NCBI GenBank assembly: GCA_041671565.1
Contig: JBAZBH010000002.1
Coordinates: forward strand, 32,000-95,999
Origin: Patescibacteria group bacterium
GTDB taxonomy: Bacteria > Patescibacteriota > Patescibacteriia > JACRDY01
DNA length: 64,000 nucleotides
Reading direction: 5' to 3'
Part shown: positions 56,256 through 64,000 of the stretch, in pieces
Position numbering within the stretch: the stretch's first letter is position 1
Layout: each line of letters opens with the position of its first letter
Notes under the pieces: generated by a model
Databases searched by the model: none
What the model was told of the DNA's origin: nothing
The model's input: the letters and a program-made list of their open reading frames with translations, nothing else
Made by a program: the position numbers and the translations under genes

Positions 56256-56669
56256 GTGGATAATGAGGTTAAAATAAAAGTTCCGCTCGGGCCGCAGCTG
56301 GTCAAATTTTGTTTGGTCGGCTTTGCTAACGCCACAGTGGATTTCAGTATTTATCTCAGCTTGACGCGTAATTTCCAATTTTGGGCCAAGTGGTATTTAG
56401 CCGCCAATATTATTGCCTTCGCCTTTGCCAGCTTGTTCAGCTTCATAGTCAATAAGCATTGGACTTTTGGCGCCGGCAAAAGCCGCAATTACTGGCAGGA
56501 ATATTGCCGTTTTATGGCAGTCAATTTGGTGGCGCTATTGATTGTGGAAGCGTCGTTGTTCGCGGCGGTGGATTTATTCGGCGTTTATGATTTGTGGGGC
56601 AAGTGTTTTGGCATTTTACTGTCAATCGCTTGGAGCCTGACCGCGCACCGGCGCTGGACCTTTAAATAA
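56256..56669 (+). CDS. GtrA-family membrane protein (polysaccharide/lipid-linked sugar translocation accessory)
   Basis: GTG start; KFCLVGFANATVDFSIY ... VNKHWTF ... HRRWTF, 4 TM, typical GtrA-like. Confidence 0.7.
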   Translation: MDNEVKIKVPLGPQLVKFCLVGFANATVDFSIYLSLTRNFQFWAKWYLAANIIAFAFASLFSFIVNKHWTFGAGKSRNYWQEYCRFMAVNLVALLIVEASLFAAVDLFGVYDLWGKCFGILLSIAWSLTAHRRWTFK

Positions 56670-56752
56670 GTTGAAAGTTGAAAGTTATAAAGTTGAAAGT
56701 AAAATTCGACTAACTTTATAACTTTTAACTTTATAACTTTATAACTGCTTTT
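56670..56752. repeat. short AT-rich palindrome ('gttgaaagttataaag' units)
   Basis: gttgaaagttgaaagttataaagttgaaagt ... actttataacttttaactttataactttataact. Confidence 0.75.
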
Positions 56753-57751
56753 ATGTCTACCAACAAAAAAAACATTGTGGTCTTGGGTGGGGCTGGGTTC
56801 CTCGGCTCGCATCTGTGCGATTATTTGATTAAGGAAAATCAAGTTATCTGCGTTGACGATTTTACTTCGGGTACGCAAGCGAATATCGACCATCTGCTCG
56901 CCAACCCCAATTTTGAGTTTATCAAGCATGATATTGTCGAGCCGCTGGATTTGGACGGCTTTCCCGAGCTGGATAAATTCAAAGTCAAAGTCCAGGGCGT
57001 GGCGGAAGTCTATAATCTCGCTTGCCCGACTTCGGTCAAGAATTTTGAGACTGACCGCATCCGGACTTTAGAAACCAACGGTTGGGGCACGCGGAACGGT
57101 TTGGAAATAGCGCGGAAATATAACGCTAAATTTCTCCATTTTTCTTCCTCGGTGGTTTACGGCGGTCGGACCGATGATGTTAAATTTTTTCAGGAAGATT
57201 ATTGGGGTCATGTTAATTTTCTTTCGCCCCGCGCTTGTTATGATGAAGGCCGGCGGTTTGCCGAAACCGCGGTGGTGACTTACCGCCAAGTTTACGGGCT
57301 AGACACCAAGATCGTCCGCGTTTTCCGCGCTTACGGCGCGCGGATGAAATTGTTTGATGGCCAGATGCTGCCGGATTTTATCACTGACGCGCTAGAGGGA
57401 AAAGATTTAGTGATCTACGGTGACAAAACATTTTCTTCGTCGCTCGTTTATGTCGCTGATGTGATTGATGGCGCGGTCCGTCTGATGGCCGCGGAAGAAT
57501 CCGGGCCAATCAACCTGGGCGGGATTGATGACCATAATATCTATGGAGTGGCCGAGTTGATTATTAAGTTGACCGACTCAGCTTCCAAGATTGTCTTTAA
57601 AGATCCGCTTCTATTTATGACGCCCTTGGGACTACCCGACATTACCCTCGCTAAAGAAAAACTAGGCTGGCTGCCGGTGGTGCCGCTCCAGGAAGGTTTG
57701 CAAAAAACTATTGACTACACTCGGGCGGAAAAAGGCAAAGTCGGCGCGTAG
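56753..57751 (+). CDS. NAD-dependent sugar-nucleotide epimerase/dehydratase, UDP-glucuronate decarboxylase (UXS)-like
   Basis: GGAGFLGSHLCDYL Rossmann motif; NFEFIKHDIVEPL and Y-x3-K region resemble UDP-xylose synthase. Confidence 0.7.
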   Translation: MSTNKKNIVVLGGAGFLGSHLCDYLIKENQVICVDDFTSGTQANIDHLLANPNFEFIKHDIVEPLDLDGFPELDKFKVKVQGVAEVYNLACPTSVKNFETDRIRTLETNGWGTRNGLEIARKYNAKFLHFSSSVVYGGRTDDVKFFQEDYWGHVNFLSPRACYDEGRRFAETAVVTYRQVYGLDTKIVRVFRAYGARMKLFDGQMLPDFITDALEGKDLVIYGDKTFSSSLVYVADVIDGAVRLMAAEESGPINLGGIDDHNIYGVAELIIKLTDSASKIVFKDPLLFMTPLGLPDITLAKEKLGWLPVVPLQEGLQKTIDYTRAEKGKVGA

Positions 57752-57785
57752 GTAATTACTAATGACTAATTACTAATGACGAATT

Positions 57786-58475
57786 ATGAATCAGGGGTGG
57801 GAGAAAAATGGCGTGTTTGTGGTAGTGCCGGCGTGGAACGAGGCGAAAAATATCAGCGTGGTTTTAAGCGATCTGAAAAAATATTATCCGGCAGATAATA
57901 TCGTGGTGGTGGACGACGGTTCGGCTGACGAGACTTACAATTTGGCGCTGGCGAACGGTGTGGCGGTTTTGCGCCATCCGCTTAATCGCGGCCAAGGCGC
58001 GGCCCTTCAGACCGGCACGGATTACGCGCTCAGCCGCGGCGCCGAGATAATTGTCCATTTTGACGCTGACGGCCAGCATCAAGCCGAAGAAATAGCGGAA
58101 TGGATCAAGCCGGTTGCTGCGGGTGAAGTGGAAGTGGTTTTGGGTTCGCGGTTTTTGGGCAAAACAGCGAAGAATTTGCCGCTCAGCAAGAAGATATTTT
58201 TTAAGCTGATTATTCCCTGGCACAATCTTTTTACCGGCCTAAAGCTTACTGACCTGCATAATGGCACTAGGGTTTTGTCTCGCCGCGCCGCTGAAAAGAT
58301 TCGGATCACTCAAGATGAAATGGCGCACAATTCGGAAATCCAAAGCCAGATTGCTAAATTCAGATTGCCTTACCGTGAAGTGCCGGTGGAGATTATTTAC
58401 AACCGTTACGGCCGGGGAGCGAAGACGGCCATGAAGATTTTAAAGGATTTAATCAAAAAGAGTTTAGTGGGATGA
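57786..58475 (+). CDS. GT2-family glycosyltransferase (GtrB / polyprenyl-phosphate sugar transferase-like)
   Basis: VVVPAWNEAKNI, VVVDDGSAD, DADGQH motifs of GT-A/GT2. Confidence 0.85.
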   Translation: MNQGWEKNGVFVVVPAWNEAKNISVVLSDLKKYYPADNIVVVDDGSADETYNLALANGVAVLRHPLNRGQGAALQTGTDYALSRGAEIIVHFDADGQHQAEEIAEWIKPVAAGEVEVVLGSRFLGKTAKNLPLSKKIFFKLIIPWHNLFTGLKLTDLHNGTRVLSRRAAEKIRITQDEMAHNSEIQSQIAKFRLPYREVPVEIIYNRYGRGAKTAMKILKDLIKKSLVG

Positions 58476-58479
58476 TTTA

Positions 58480-58640
58480 GGACTAAATAATAAATCATAA
58501 GTTCAAAATTATAAATAACAAATAAATTATAAATTCAGAAATCTTAAGCAATAAACGGTTCGGATTAGGAGTTTAGAATTTATTGATTTAATGCTTATGA
58601 TTTATTTGTTATTTATAATTTTGGATTTAGAATTTAAATT
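58480..58640. repeat. AT-rich palindromic intergenic element
   Basis: aataaatcataagttcaaaattataaataacaaataaattataaattc ... gaatttattgatttaatgcttatgatttatttgttatttataattttgg. Confidence 0.8.
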
Positions 58641-58643
58641 TTT

Positions 58644-58985
58644 ATGGCCATCAAAATAATTCTTCTCCTTTTCATCCTCTTCGTGGTTCTGCGGACCGCG
58701 GTCCGTTTCTATAAAAAAGAACTCCGCGGGCGGGAGCTGGCGAGTTGGCTGGTGTTTTGGGCACTGGTCAGCGCGGCGGTCGCCTTGCCGCAGGGCGCGG
58801 ACAAACTGGCGACTTTCGTCGGGGTGGAGCGCGGCGCGGACCTGCTCGTTTATATCTCAGTTTTGGTTTTATTTTATCTGGTGTTTAAGGTGCTGGTGAA
58901 ACTGGAAAAAGTGGAGGGGGAAATAACCAAGGTAGTGCGAGAAACGGCGCTGAATAATCATGACAATAAAAACATTAAAACATAA
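58644..58985 (+). CDS. small membrane protein, DUF2304-like (commonly paired with GT2 genes)
   Basis: 113 aa, two TM helices with conserved basic loop (RFYKKELRGRE); position between GT2 genes. Confidence 0.45.
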   Translation: MAIKIILLLFILFVVLRTAVRFYKKELRGRELASWLVFWALVSAAVALPQGADKLATFVGVERGADLLVYISVLVLFYLVFKVLVKLEKVEGEITKVVRETALNNHDNKNIKT

Positions 58986-59045
58986 AAACATTAAAACCGG
59001 ATCAAGTTTTGTTTTAATGTTTTAATGTTCTGGTGTTTTAATGTT
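58975..59045. repeat. 'aacattaaaac' palindromic element
   Basis: cataaaaacattaaaaccggatcaagttttgttttaatgttttaatgttctggtgttttaatgtttttt; second copy 60125-60210. Confidence 0.8.
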
Positions 59046-60114
59046 TTTTATGATCAATCGTGTCGCCGTCATCATCGCCCCAAATTGGCATGATTACGCG
59101 GAAAAATATCTCCAAGGTTGCATTGACAGCGTGCGGGCGCAAAAGACCAGCGCGACTTTTAAGGTTTTTCTTACCGATAATGAATCAACTCCGGAGTCGG
59201 TGGCATTATTAAAAAGAATCGCGCCCGAGGTTGAAATCACAACTAACAAAACCAACGATGGCTTTGCCAAGGGCAATAACGATTCAATAAAAAAGGCTTT
59301 GGCCGAAGGGTTTGAATATTTGGTTTTGTTAAACATGGATACGGAAGTCGAGCCGGATTTTTTGGAAAAACTGCTTCAGGCCGCGGCAACGGCGGAAAAT
59401 TGGGGGGCGATTCAATCACGAATCATGCTTTATCCGGAAAAAGATAAGATTAATAGTCTAGGAAACAGCCTGCATTATTTAGGCTTTGGTTTTTCGGCCG
59501 GCGGCTATCAGGATATTGGAGTATTTAAGGAGCTTCCATTCCGAGAAATCAAAGGATATTTTTCCGGTTCCTCAGTATTACTTCGCAAAGATGTTTTGGA
59601 AAAGACGGGATTATTTGATGAAAATTTCTGGATGTATCATGATGACTTAGATCTCAGTTGGAAAATAACTTTGGCCGGCTACAAAGTTTATCTGGCGCCG
59701 CGTTCAGTGATTTATCATAAATATCAGTTTGTCAAAAGCATCAAGCAGTATTTCTGGATGGAGCGGAATCGTTTCATTTTTTTGTTTACCGATTTCCACC
59801 CGGTAACTTTAATATTAATCGCGCCGATGCTTTTGGCGATGGAACTCGGTTTATTCCTCTTCGCGATCAAGGGCGGATTTTGGAAAGAAAAGCTGCGGGT
59901 TTACGCCTGGTTTTTAAAGGGCCAGAGCTGGGATTATCTTAGAGAACGCCGTTGGCGGATCAATAATCTAAGAAAAGTTAAAGACAAAGATTTGGTTAAA
60001 TATTTAAGCTCAGAAATCCAGTTTCAAGAGATTAATAACCCGCTGCTTAAATATATCGGCAATCCGGTGATGAAAATATATTGGCAAATTGTTAAGAGGT
60101 TGATTGTTTGGTAG
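59041..60114 (+). CDS. GT2-family glycosyltransferase with C-terminal membrane segment
   Basis: GT-A fold (VIIAPNW..., LLNMDTEV, DxD-like DDLD), ~2 TM near C-terminus. Confidence 0.8.
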   Translation: MFFMINRVAVIIAPNWHDYAEKYLQGCIDSVRAQKTSATFKVFLTDNESTPESVALLKRIAPEVEITTNKTNDGFAKGNNDSIKKALAEGFEYLVLLNMDTEVEPDFLEKLLQAAATAENWGAIQSRIMLYPEKDKINSLGNSLHYLGFGFSAGGYQDIGVFKELPFREIKGYFSGSSVLLRKDVLEKTGLFDENFWMYHDDLDLSWKITLAGYKVYLAPRSVIYHKYQFVKSIKQYFWMERNRFIFLFTDFHPVTLILIAPMLLAMELGLFLFAIKGGFWKEKLRVYAWFLKGQSWDYLRERRWRINNLRKVKDKDLVKYLSSEIQFQEINNPLLKYIGNPVMKIYWQIVKRLIVW

Positions 60115-60124
60115 GTGGGGGCAG

Positions 60125-60210
60125 CGAATATTAAAATATAAAAACATTAAAACAGTTTCCGGCGCCGTCTCTTTGTTTTAATGTTCTTGTGTTTTAATGT
60201 TTTAATGATT
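60125..60210. repeat. 'aacattaaaac' palindromic element (copy 2)
   Basis: aaaatataaaaacattaaaacagtttccggcgccgtctctttgttttaatgttcttgtgttttaatgttttaatg. Confidence 0.8.
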
Positions 60211-60212
60211 TT

Positions 60213-61355
60213 ATGAAGATCGCCCAAGTAGTTTGCACTTTTCCTCCCTATAAAGGCGGTATGGGTAATACCGCTTATCATTATAGTTTGGAGCTCGCTA
60301 AACTCGGCCACGCGGTGACGGTTTTTACGCCGCATTTTAAGGATCGGCTGGTTAATTTCCAAAATTTTACCATCCGCGGCGTGGCGCCCTGGTTAAGCTA
60401 TGGTCTGGGCGCTTGGAGTCCGCGACTGGCCTGGGAACTCAGCGACTTTGATATTATCCAGTTGCACTATCCGTTTTTTGGCGGCGCTTTGCCGCTTTGG
60501 TGGCTCAAGAAAATCAAGCCCCGGAAAACCAAACTGGTTTTACTTTATCAGATGGATGTTTTGGGTCAGGGCATTTGGCGCCGGGTTTTTAACTGGCACG
60601 CCAAATATCTAATGCCGGGGATTATCCGGGCGGCCGACAAAATCATTATCACTTCGCGCGACTACGCCGCCAGTTCTCGTTTGGCGCCGTGGTTGAGTAT
60701 TTTTCCTGATAAGTTTGTGGAAATCCCGCTCGGCGTGGATACGGCGGTTTTTCAGCCCACGCCGCCTGACAGCGAATTAATAAAAAAATATCAGTTGAAG
60801 CCAGGCGAAAAAGTAATTTTATTTACGGCCGCCTTAGACACCGCGCATTATTTTAAGGGCCTGGATATTCTTCTCGCGGCAACGGCTACACTAAAAAATC
60901 CGGCGCGGTTGGTAGTGGTGGGTAAGGGCGACCTCAAAGATTTTTATGAGCGGCGAGCCGAAGAGTTGGGGCTAAAGGATCGAGTGACTTTTGCCGGTTA
61001 TTTGAGCGACCGGGATTTGGCGCGGCATTATAACCTGGCTGATGTTTTTGTCTTGCCGTCGGTTAACCGTTCCGAGGCTTTTGGCTTGGTTTATTTGGAA
61101 GCCGGCGCTTGCGCCAAGCCGGTGATTGGCTCGGACTTGCCCGGCGTGCGGACGGTGATCGATGATGGGCAGACCGGCTTCTTAGTCCAGCCGGGCGACG
61201 CCGCTGATTTAGTTAGTAAGCTGGAAAAGATTTTAGCCGATGGCGAGTTGGCAAAACGGCTGGGCCAGGCCGGGCGGGAAAAGGTGGTGGCGAAGTATAA
61301 TTGGGGGAATATTGCTAAGGAGATCGAGATAATATATAAACAAATTAAAAACTAA
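60213..61355 (+). CDS. GT4-family glycosyltransferase
   Basis: SEAFGLVYLEAGACAKPVIGSDLPGVRTVI (E-x7-E). Confidence 0.85.
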   Translation: MKIAQVVCTFPPYKGGMGNTAYHYSLELAKLGHAVTVFTPHFKDRLVNFQNFTIRGVAPWLSYGLGAWSPRLAWELSDFDIIQLHYPFFGGALPLWWLKKIKPRKTKLVLLYQMDVLGQGIWRRVFNWHAKYLMPGIIRAADKIIITSRDYAASSRLAPWLSIFPDKFVEIPLGVDTAVFQPTPPDSELIKKYQLKPGEKVILFTAALDTAHYFKGLDILLAATATLKNPARLVVVGKGDLKDFYERRAEELGLKDRVTFAGYLSDRDLARHYNLADVFVLPSVNRSEAFGLVYLEAGACAKPVIGSDLPGVRTVIDDGQTGFLVQPGDAADLVSKLEKILADGELAKRLGQAGREKVVAKYNWGNIAKEIEIIYKQIKN

Positions 61356-61460
61356 AAGATAAAAGAGAAAAACGAAAAACAAAGACTAAAAACTTAAAAC
61401 CTCCCCGTTTTTACTTTTGCGTTGTTGTCTTTCGTTTTTATCTTTAAGTTTTTATCTTAC
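61356..61460. repeat. AT-rich palindromic intergenic element
   Basis: aaaagataaaagagaaaaacgaaaaacaaagactaaaaacttaaaa-cctccccg-tttttacttttgcgttgttgtctttcgtttttatctttaagtttttatctt. Confidence 0.8.
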
Positions 61461-61462
61461 TT

Positions 61463-63031
61463 ATGCCTAGCTGCAAAAACTGCCAAACCACCTTTACCAT
61501 CTACCCCGAGGACCAAAAGTTCTACGGCCGGATTGGCGTACCCGAGCCGACGCTGTGCCCCGATTGTCGGCAACAACGACGATGGGCTTATAAAAACGAT
61601 ATGACGCTTTATCAGCGGCCGTGCGACTTATGCGGCAAGAGTATGATTTCCATGTATGATCCGGCTTGCCCTGATAAATATAAGGTCTATTGCCAAGATT
61701 GCTGGTTTTCTGATAAATGGGGCGGGGAAAACTTCGCCCAAAAGTATGATTTTAGCCGGCCATTCTTTAGCCAGTTCAAAGATTTGCAGTTAAAAGTGCC
61801 GCGGCAGACGCTGATTAATAATAACGCCGTTAATTCCGAATATTGCAATTTTGCCGATTTTACCAAAAATTCCTATCTCATCACCATGTGCAATTATAAT
61901 GAAGATTGTTACTATGGCATTTGGTTGGTGGAGAACAAAGATTGCGTTGATACTGCTTATTGCCGCAAATGCGAATTTTGTTACGAGCTGATTGATGGCA
62001 TCAATTGCTATGAAGTTTTTCATAGCCAGTTATGCGGTGATTGCAGTCACAGCCAGTATCTATTTGATTGCCGCAATTGCCACGATTGCTTTGGCTGTGT
62101 CGGCCTGCGCAACCAAGACCACTGCCTATTTAATAAAAAATATCCGGAAGAGGAATATAAAAGTAAAATCAAAGGCTTGACCACCGAAGTGATTGAGCAG
62201 GAATTTAATAAATTAAAATTACAGCAGATTCGCCGCAATTTAGCCGGCCAACACAACCATAGCGCCACCGGTGATCATCTCTTTAACTGCGATAATGTCC
62301 GCCAGAGTTTTGATGTCCAGGAGGCCAAAGATTGCGCTTATTGCTATGACGGTTTGCGAACTAAAGACGGTTATGATATCGCCGGTTTTGACACCATGGA
62401 GCTGGGTTATGAATGCATCAGCGCCGGCTGGGGCAATGCTTACTTTTTTTCTTACTATTGCCGCACTTCGCACAATATCTGGTATAGTGACAGTTGCCAT
62501 AGTTGTTCGGATTGTTTTGGTTGCATCGGCTTGCGGCACAAGCAATATTGTATTTTGAATAAACAATACAGTGAGGCTGAATATAATAAATTAAAAGCGG
62601 AAATTATCAAACAAATGACGGCGGCCGGCGAGTTCGGCGAAAGTTACCCGATTGCTAATTCGCCGTTTGCTTATAATGAACCGTTGGTGTTTGATTATTA
62701 TCCCTTGAGCCGCGAGGCGGTATTACAGAAAGGTTGGCGCTGGCAAGAAGAGAAAGTTAAAAAAGTTAATCCGGAATTGCCGGTTTGCTCGGTTTGCGGC
62801 AAAAACTTCAAAATTATTGACCAGGAAAAAAAGTTTTACCAAAAAATGAATCTGTCGGATCCCAAAAAATGTTTCAAATGCCGCCATCAGGCGCGGCTTT
62901 TGCTCCGTAACCCCCGCCGGTTATACCAAAGAAAATGTGCCAAATGCGGCGCGGAGATAGAGACGACTTACGCGCCGGAACGGCCGGAGAAGGTTTACTG
63001 TGAGGAGTGCTATCGGAAGGAAATATATTAA
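61463..63031 (+). CDS. cysteine-rich protein (about 10% Cys): zinc-ribbon-like modules at both ends, internally duplicated CxxC-rich ~20-aa repeats
   Basis: N-terminus CKNC...FY.RIGVPEPTLCPDCRQQRR...LYQRPCDLCGK...VYCQDCW; C-terminus CSVCGK...FYQKM...CFKCRHQAR...LYQRKCAKCG...VYCEECY; central repeats ending CRNCHDCFGCVGLRNQDHCLFNKKY and CHSCSDCFGCIGLRHKQYCILNKQY; no signal peptide. Confidence 0.55.
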   Translation: MPSCKNCQTTFTIYPEDQKFYGRIGVPEPTLCPDCRQQRRWAYKNDMTLYQRPCDLCGKSMISMYDPACPDKYKVYCQDCWFSDKWGGENFAQKYDFSRPFFSQFKDLQLKVPRQTLINNNAVNSEYCNFADFTKNSYLITMCNYNEDCYYGIWLVENKDCVDTAYCRKCEFCYELIDGINCYEVFHSQLCGDCSHSQYLFDCRNCHDCFGCVGLRNQDHCLFNKKYPEEEYKSKIKGLTTEVIEQEFNKLKLQQIRRNLAGQHNHSATGDHLFNCDNVRQSFDVQEAKDCAYCYDGLRTKDGYDIAGFDTMELGYECISAGWGNAYFFSYYCRTSHNIWYSDSCHSCSDCFGCIGLRHKQYCILNKQYSEAEYNKLKAEIIKQMTAAGEFGESYPIANSPFAYNEPLVFDYYPLSREAVLQKGWRWQEEKVKKVNPELPVCSVCGKNFKIIDQEKKFYQKMNLSDPKKCFKCRHQARLLLRNPRRLYQRKCAKCGAEIETTYAPERPEKVYCEECYRKEIY

Positions 63032-63035
63032 CGGC

Positions 63036-63110
63036 ACGGATGGGCACAGATTAGCACAGATCAGCACAGATCTGTGACTATCTGTGCCGATCTGTGTTAA
63101 TCTGTGTTTT
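63036..63110. repeat. 'cacagat' palindromic element
   Basis: gcacagattagcacagatcagcacagatctgtgactatctgtgccgatctgtgttaatctgtg; same family flanks the tmRNA. Confidence 0.8.
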
Positions 63111-64000
63111 ATGCCTAGCTGTAAAAACTGTCAATCCAACTTTACTATCTACCCCGAGGACCGCGCGTTCTACGGCCGGATTGGCGTACCCGAACCAACA
63201 CTTTGCCCGGATTGCCGGCAGCAACGGCGGTTGGCGTGGCGTAATGTCAGCCATCTTTATCTACGACAGTGCGATTTTAGCGGTAAGGATATCATTTCTA
63301 ATTATTCGCCAGATCAGCCATATAAAGTTTTTGATCCCAAAGTTTGGTGGACTGATAAGTGGGACCCCTTGGCTGCCGGGCGGAACTATGATTTTTCTCA
63401 GACATTTTTTGACCAGTTTTATAAATTGCAGTTAGCAGTTCCGCGGCCAGCTTTATTAGATAAAAATTCCACTAACAGCGACTACACTAATCACGGCGGT
63501 TATAATAAGAACTGCTACATGTGTTTCAATGTCGGCCAATCAGAGGATTTGTATTATTGCACTAATTTTATTTTAGAAAGCAAAGATTGTGTTGATTGCT
63601 ATGATATGCGCAAATGCGAATTATTATATGAGTGTTTTGATGTTAGGAACTGCTATAATTCAAAATATTTATTTTATTGCCGAGATTGTTATGATTCGGC
63701 TCTACTCTATGATTGCCATGGTTGTCACGATTGTCTGATGTGTTGGAATTTACGCAACGCCCAGTATTGCATTGAAAATAAAGCATATTCTCAGGAAGAA
63801 TACCAGAATAAATTAAAAGACCTCTATCCTCAAACTTATTCGGCTTGGCAGCAAAAACGGCAACAATTATTAGAAAATATACAAAGCCGGGCAATTCATA
63901 AATACACGCGAATAGAAAAAAGCGATCACTCTACCGGCAACCAGATAGTTAATTGCCAAGATGTTAAGAATTCGTATTATGCCACCGAGTCCGTTGGCTG
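63111..64000 (+). CDS. second cysteine-rich paralog (5' part; runs off window end)
   Basis: MPSCKNCQSNFTIYPEDRAFYGRIGVPEPTLCPDCRQQRR is near-identical to the N-terminus of 61463..63031; open frame to position 64000; not in ORF track because no stop in window (track ORF 63094..63435 is an off-frame artefact). Confidence 0.5.
   Translation, partial: MPSCKNCQSNFTIYPEDRAFYGRIGVPEPTLCPDCRQQRRLAWRNVSHLYLRQCDFSGKDIISNYSPDQPYKVFDPKVWWTDKWDPLAAGRNYDFSQTFFDQFYKLQLAVPRPALLDKNSTNSDYTNHGGYNKNCYMCFNVGQSEDLYYCTNFILESKDCVDCYDMRKCELLYECFDVRNCYNSKYLFYCRDCYDSALLYDCHGCHDCLMCWNLRNAQYCIENKAYSQEEYQNKLKDLYPQTYSAWQQKRQQLLENIQSRAIHKYTRIEKSDHSTGNQIVNCQDVKNSYYATESVG

Noticed and set aside
63094-63435. 113-aa ORF from the track; also 61422..61604
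   Set aside because: These are out of frame with the real Cys-rich genes (ATG 63111 and 61463), whose translations are near-identical paralogues. The track missed 63111 because that ORF has no stop within the window.

Overview
This is a gene-dense chromosomal window of about 64 kb, with almost all genes on the + strand. Coding regions are GC-rich and intergenic regions are strikingly AT-rich. Gene content and architecture suggest a small-genome, Patescibacteria/CPR-like bacterium, but this is an inference and is unverified. The evidence for it is the many large secreted or lipoprotein surface proteins, FG-GAP repeats, a 4-helix-bundle 'IVS' protein, and the absence of visible biosynthetic operons.

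The first third of the window is housekeeping: a methyltransferase, yraN, nusA, yidC, an O-antigen-ligase-like gene, an MFS transporter, a CIRCE-controlled groES-groEL, pyruvate kinase, proS, a DsbA-like gene, lgt, smpB-tmRNA-infC-rpmI-rplT, and tRNA-Asp with an adjacent tRNA-like remnant.

The rest is cell-envelope biology. One polysaccharide-type cluster contains Wzz-like and Wzy-like genes, two GT4 genes, two paralogous Asp-rich/Thr-linker lipoproteins, and a GH-like protein fused to FG-GAP repeats. It is followed by an ECF sigma / anti-sigma pair, a 1232-aa surface protein, a TPR protein, a secreted repeat protein and an S8 protease fused to FG-GAP repeats. A glycosylation cluster comes next (GtrA, UXS-like epimerase, GT2, DUF2304-like, GT2, GT4). 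The window ends with two tandem paralogous cysteine-rich proteins whose ends carry zinc-ribbon-like modules.

The most unusual sequence-level signal is that nearly every intergenic region carries a long AT-rich nested palindrome built from short tandem units. There are at least 8 families (units such as gatttaa/ttcaaag/aatgtccaat, gtattcaggg, agtccagag, ggttttatgg, cacagat, gcgaatgctacgaatt, aacattaaaac, agtcaaaaccaca) and more than 35 copies in the window.

No CRISPR array, rRNA, transposase or integrase was recognised.
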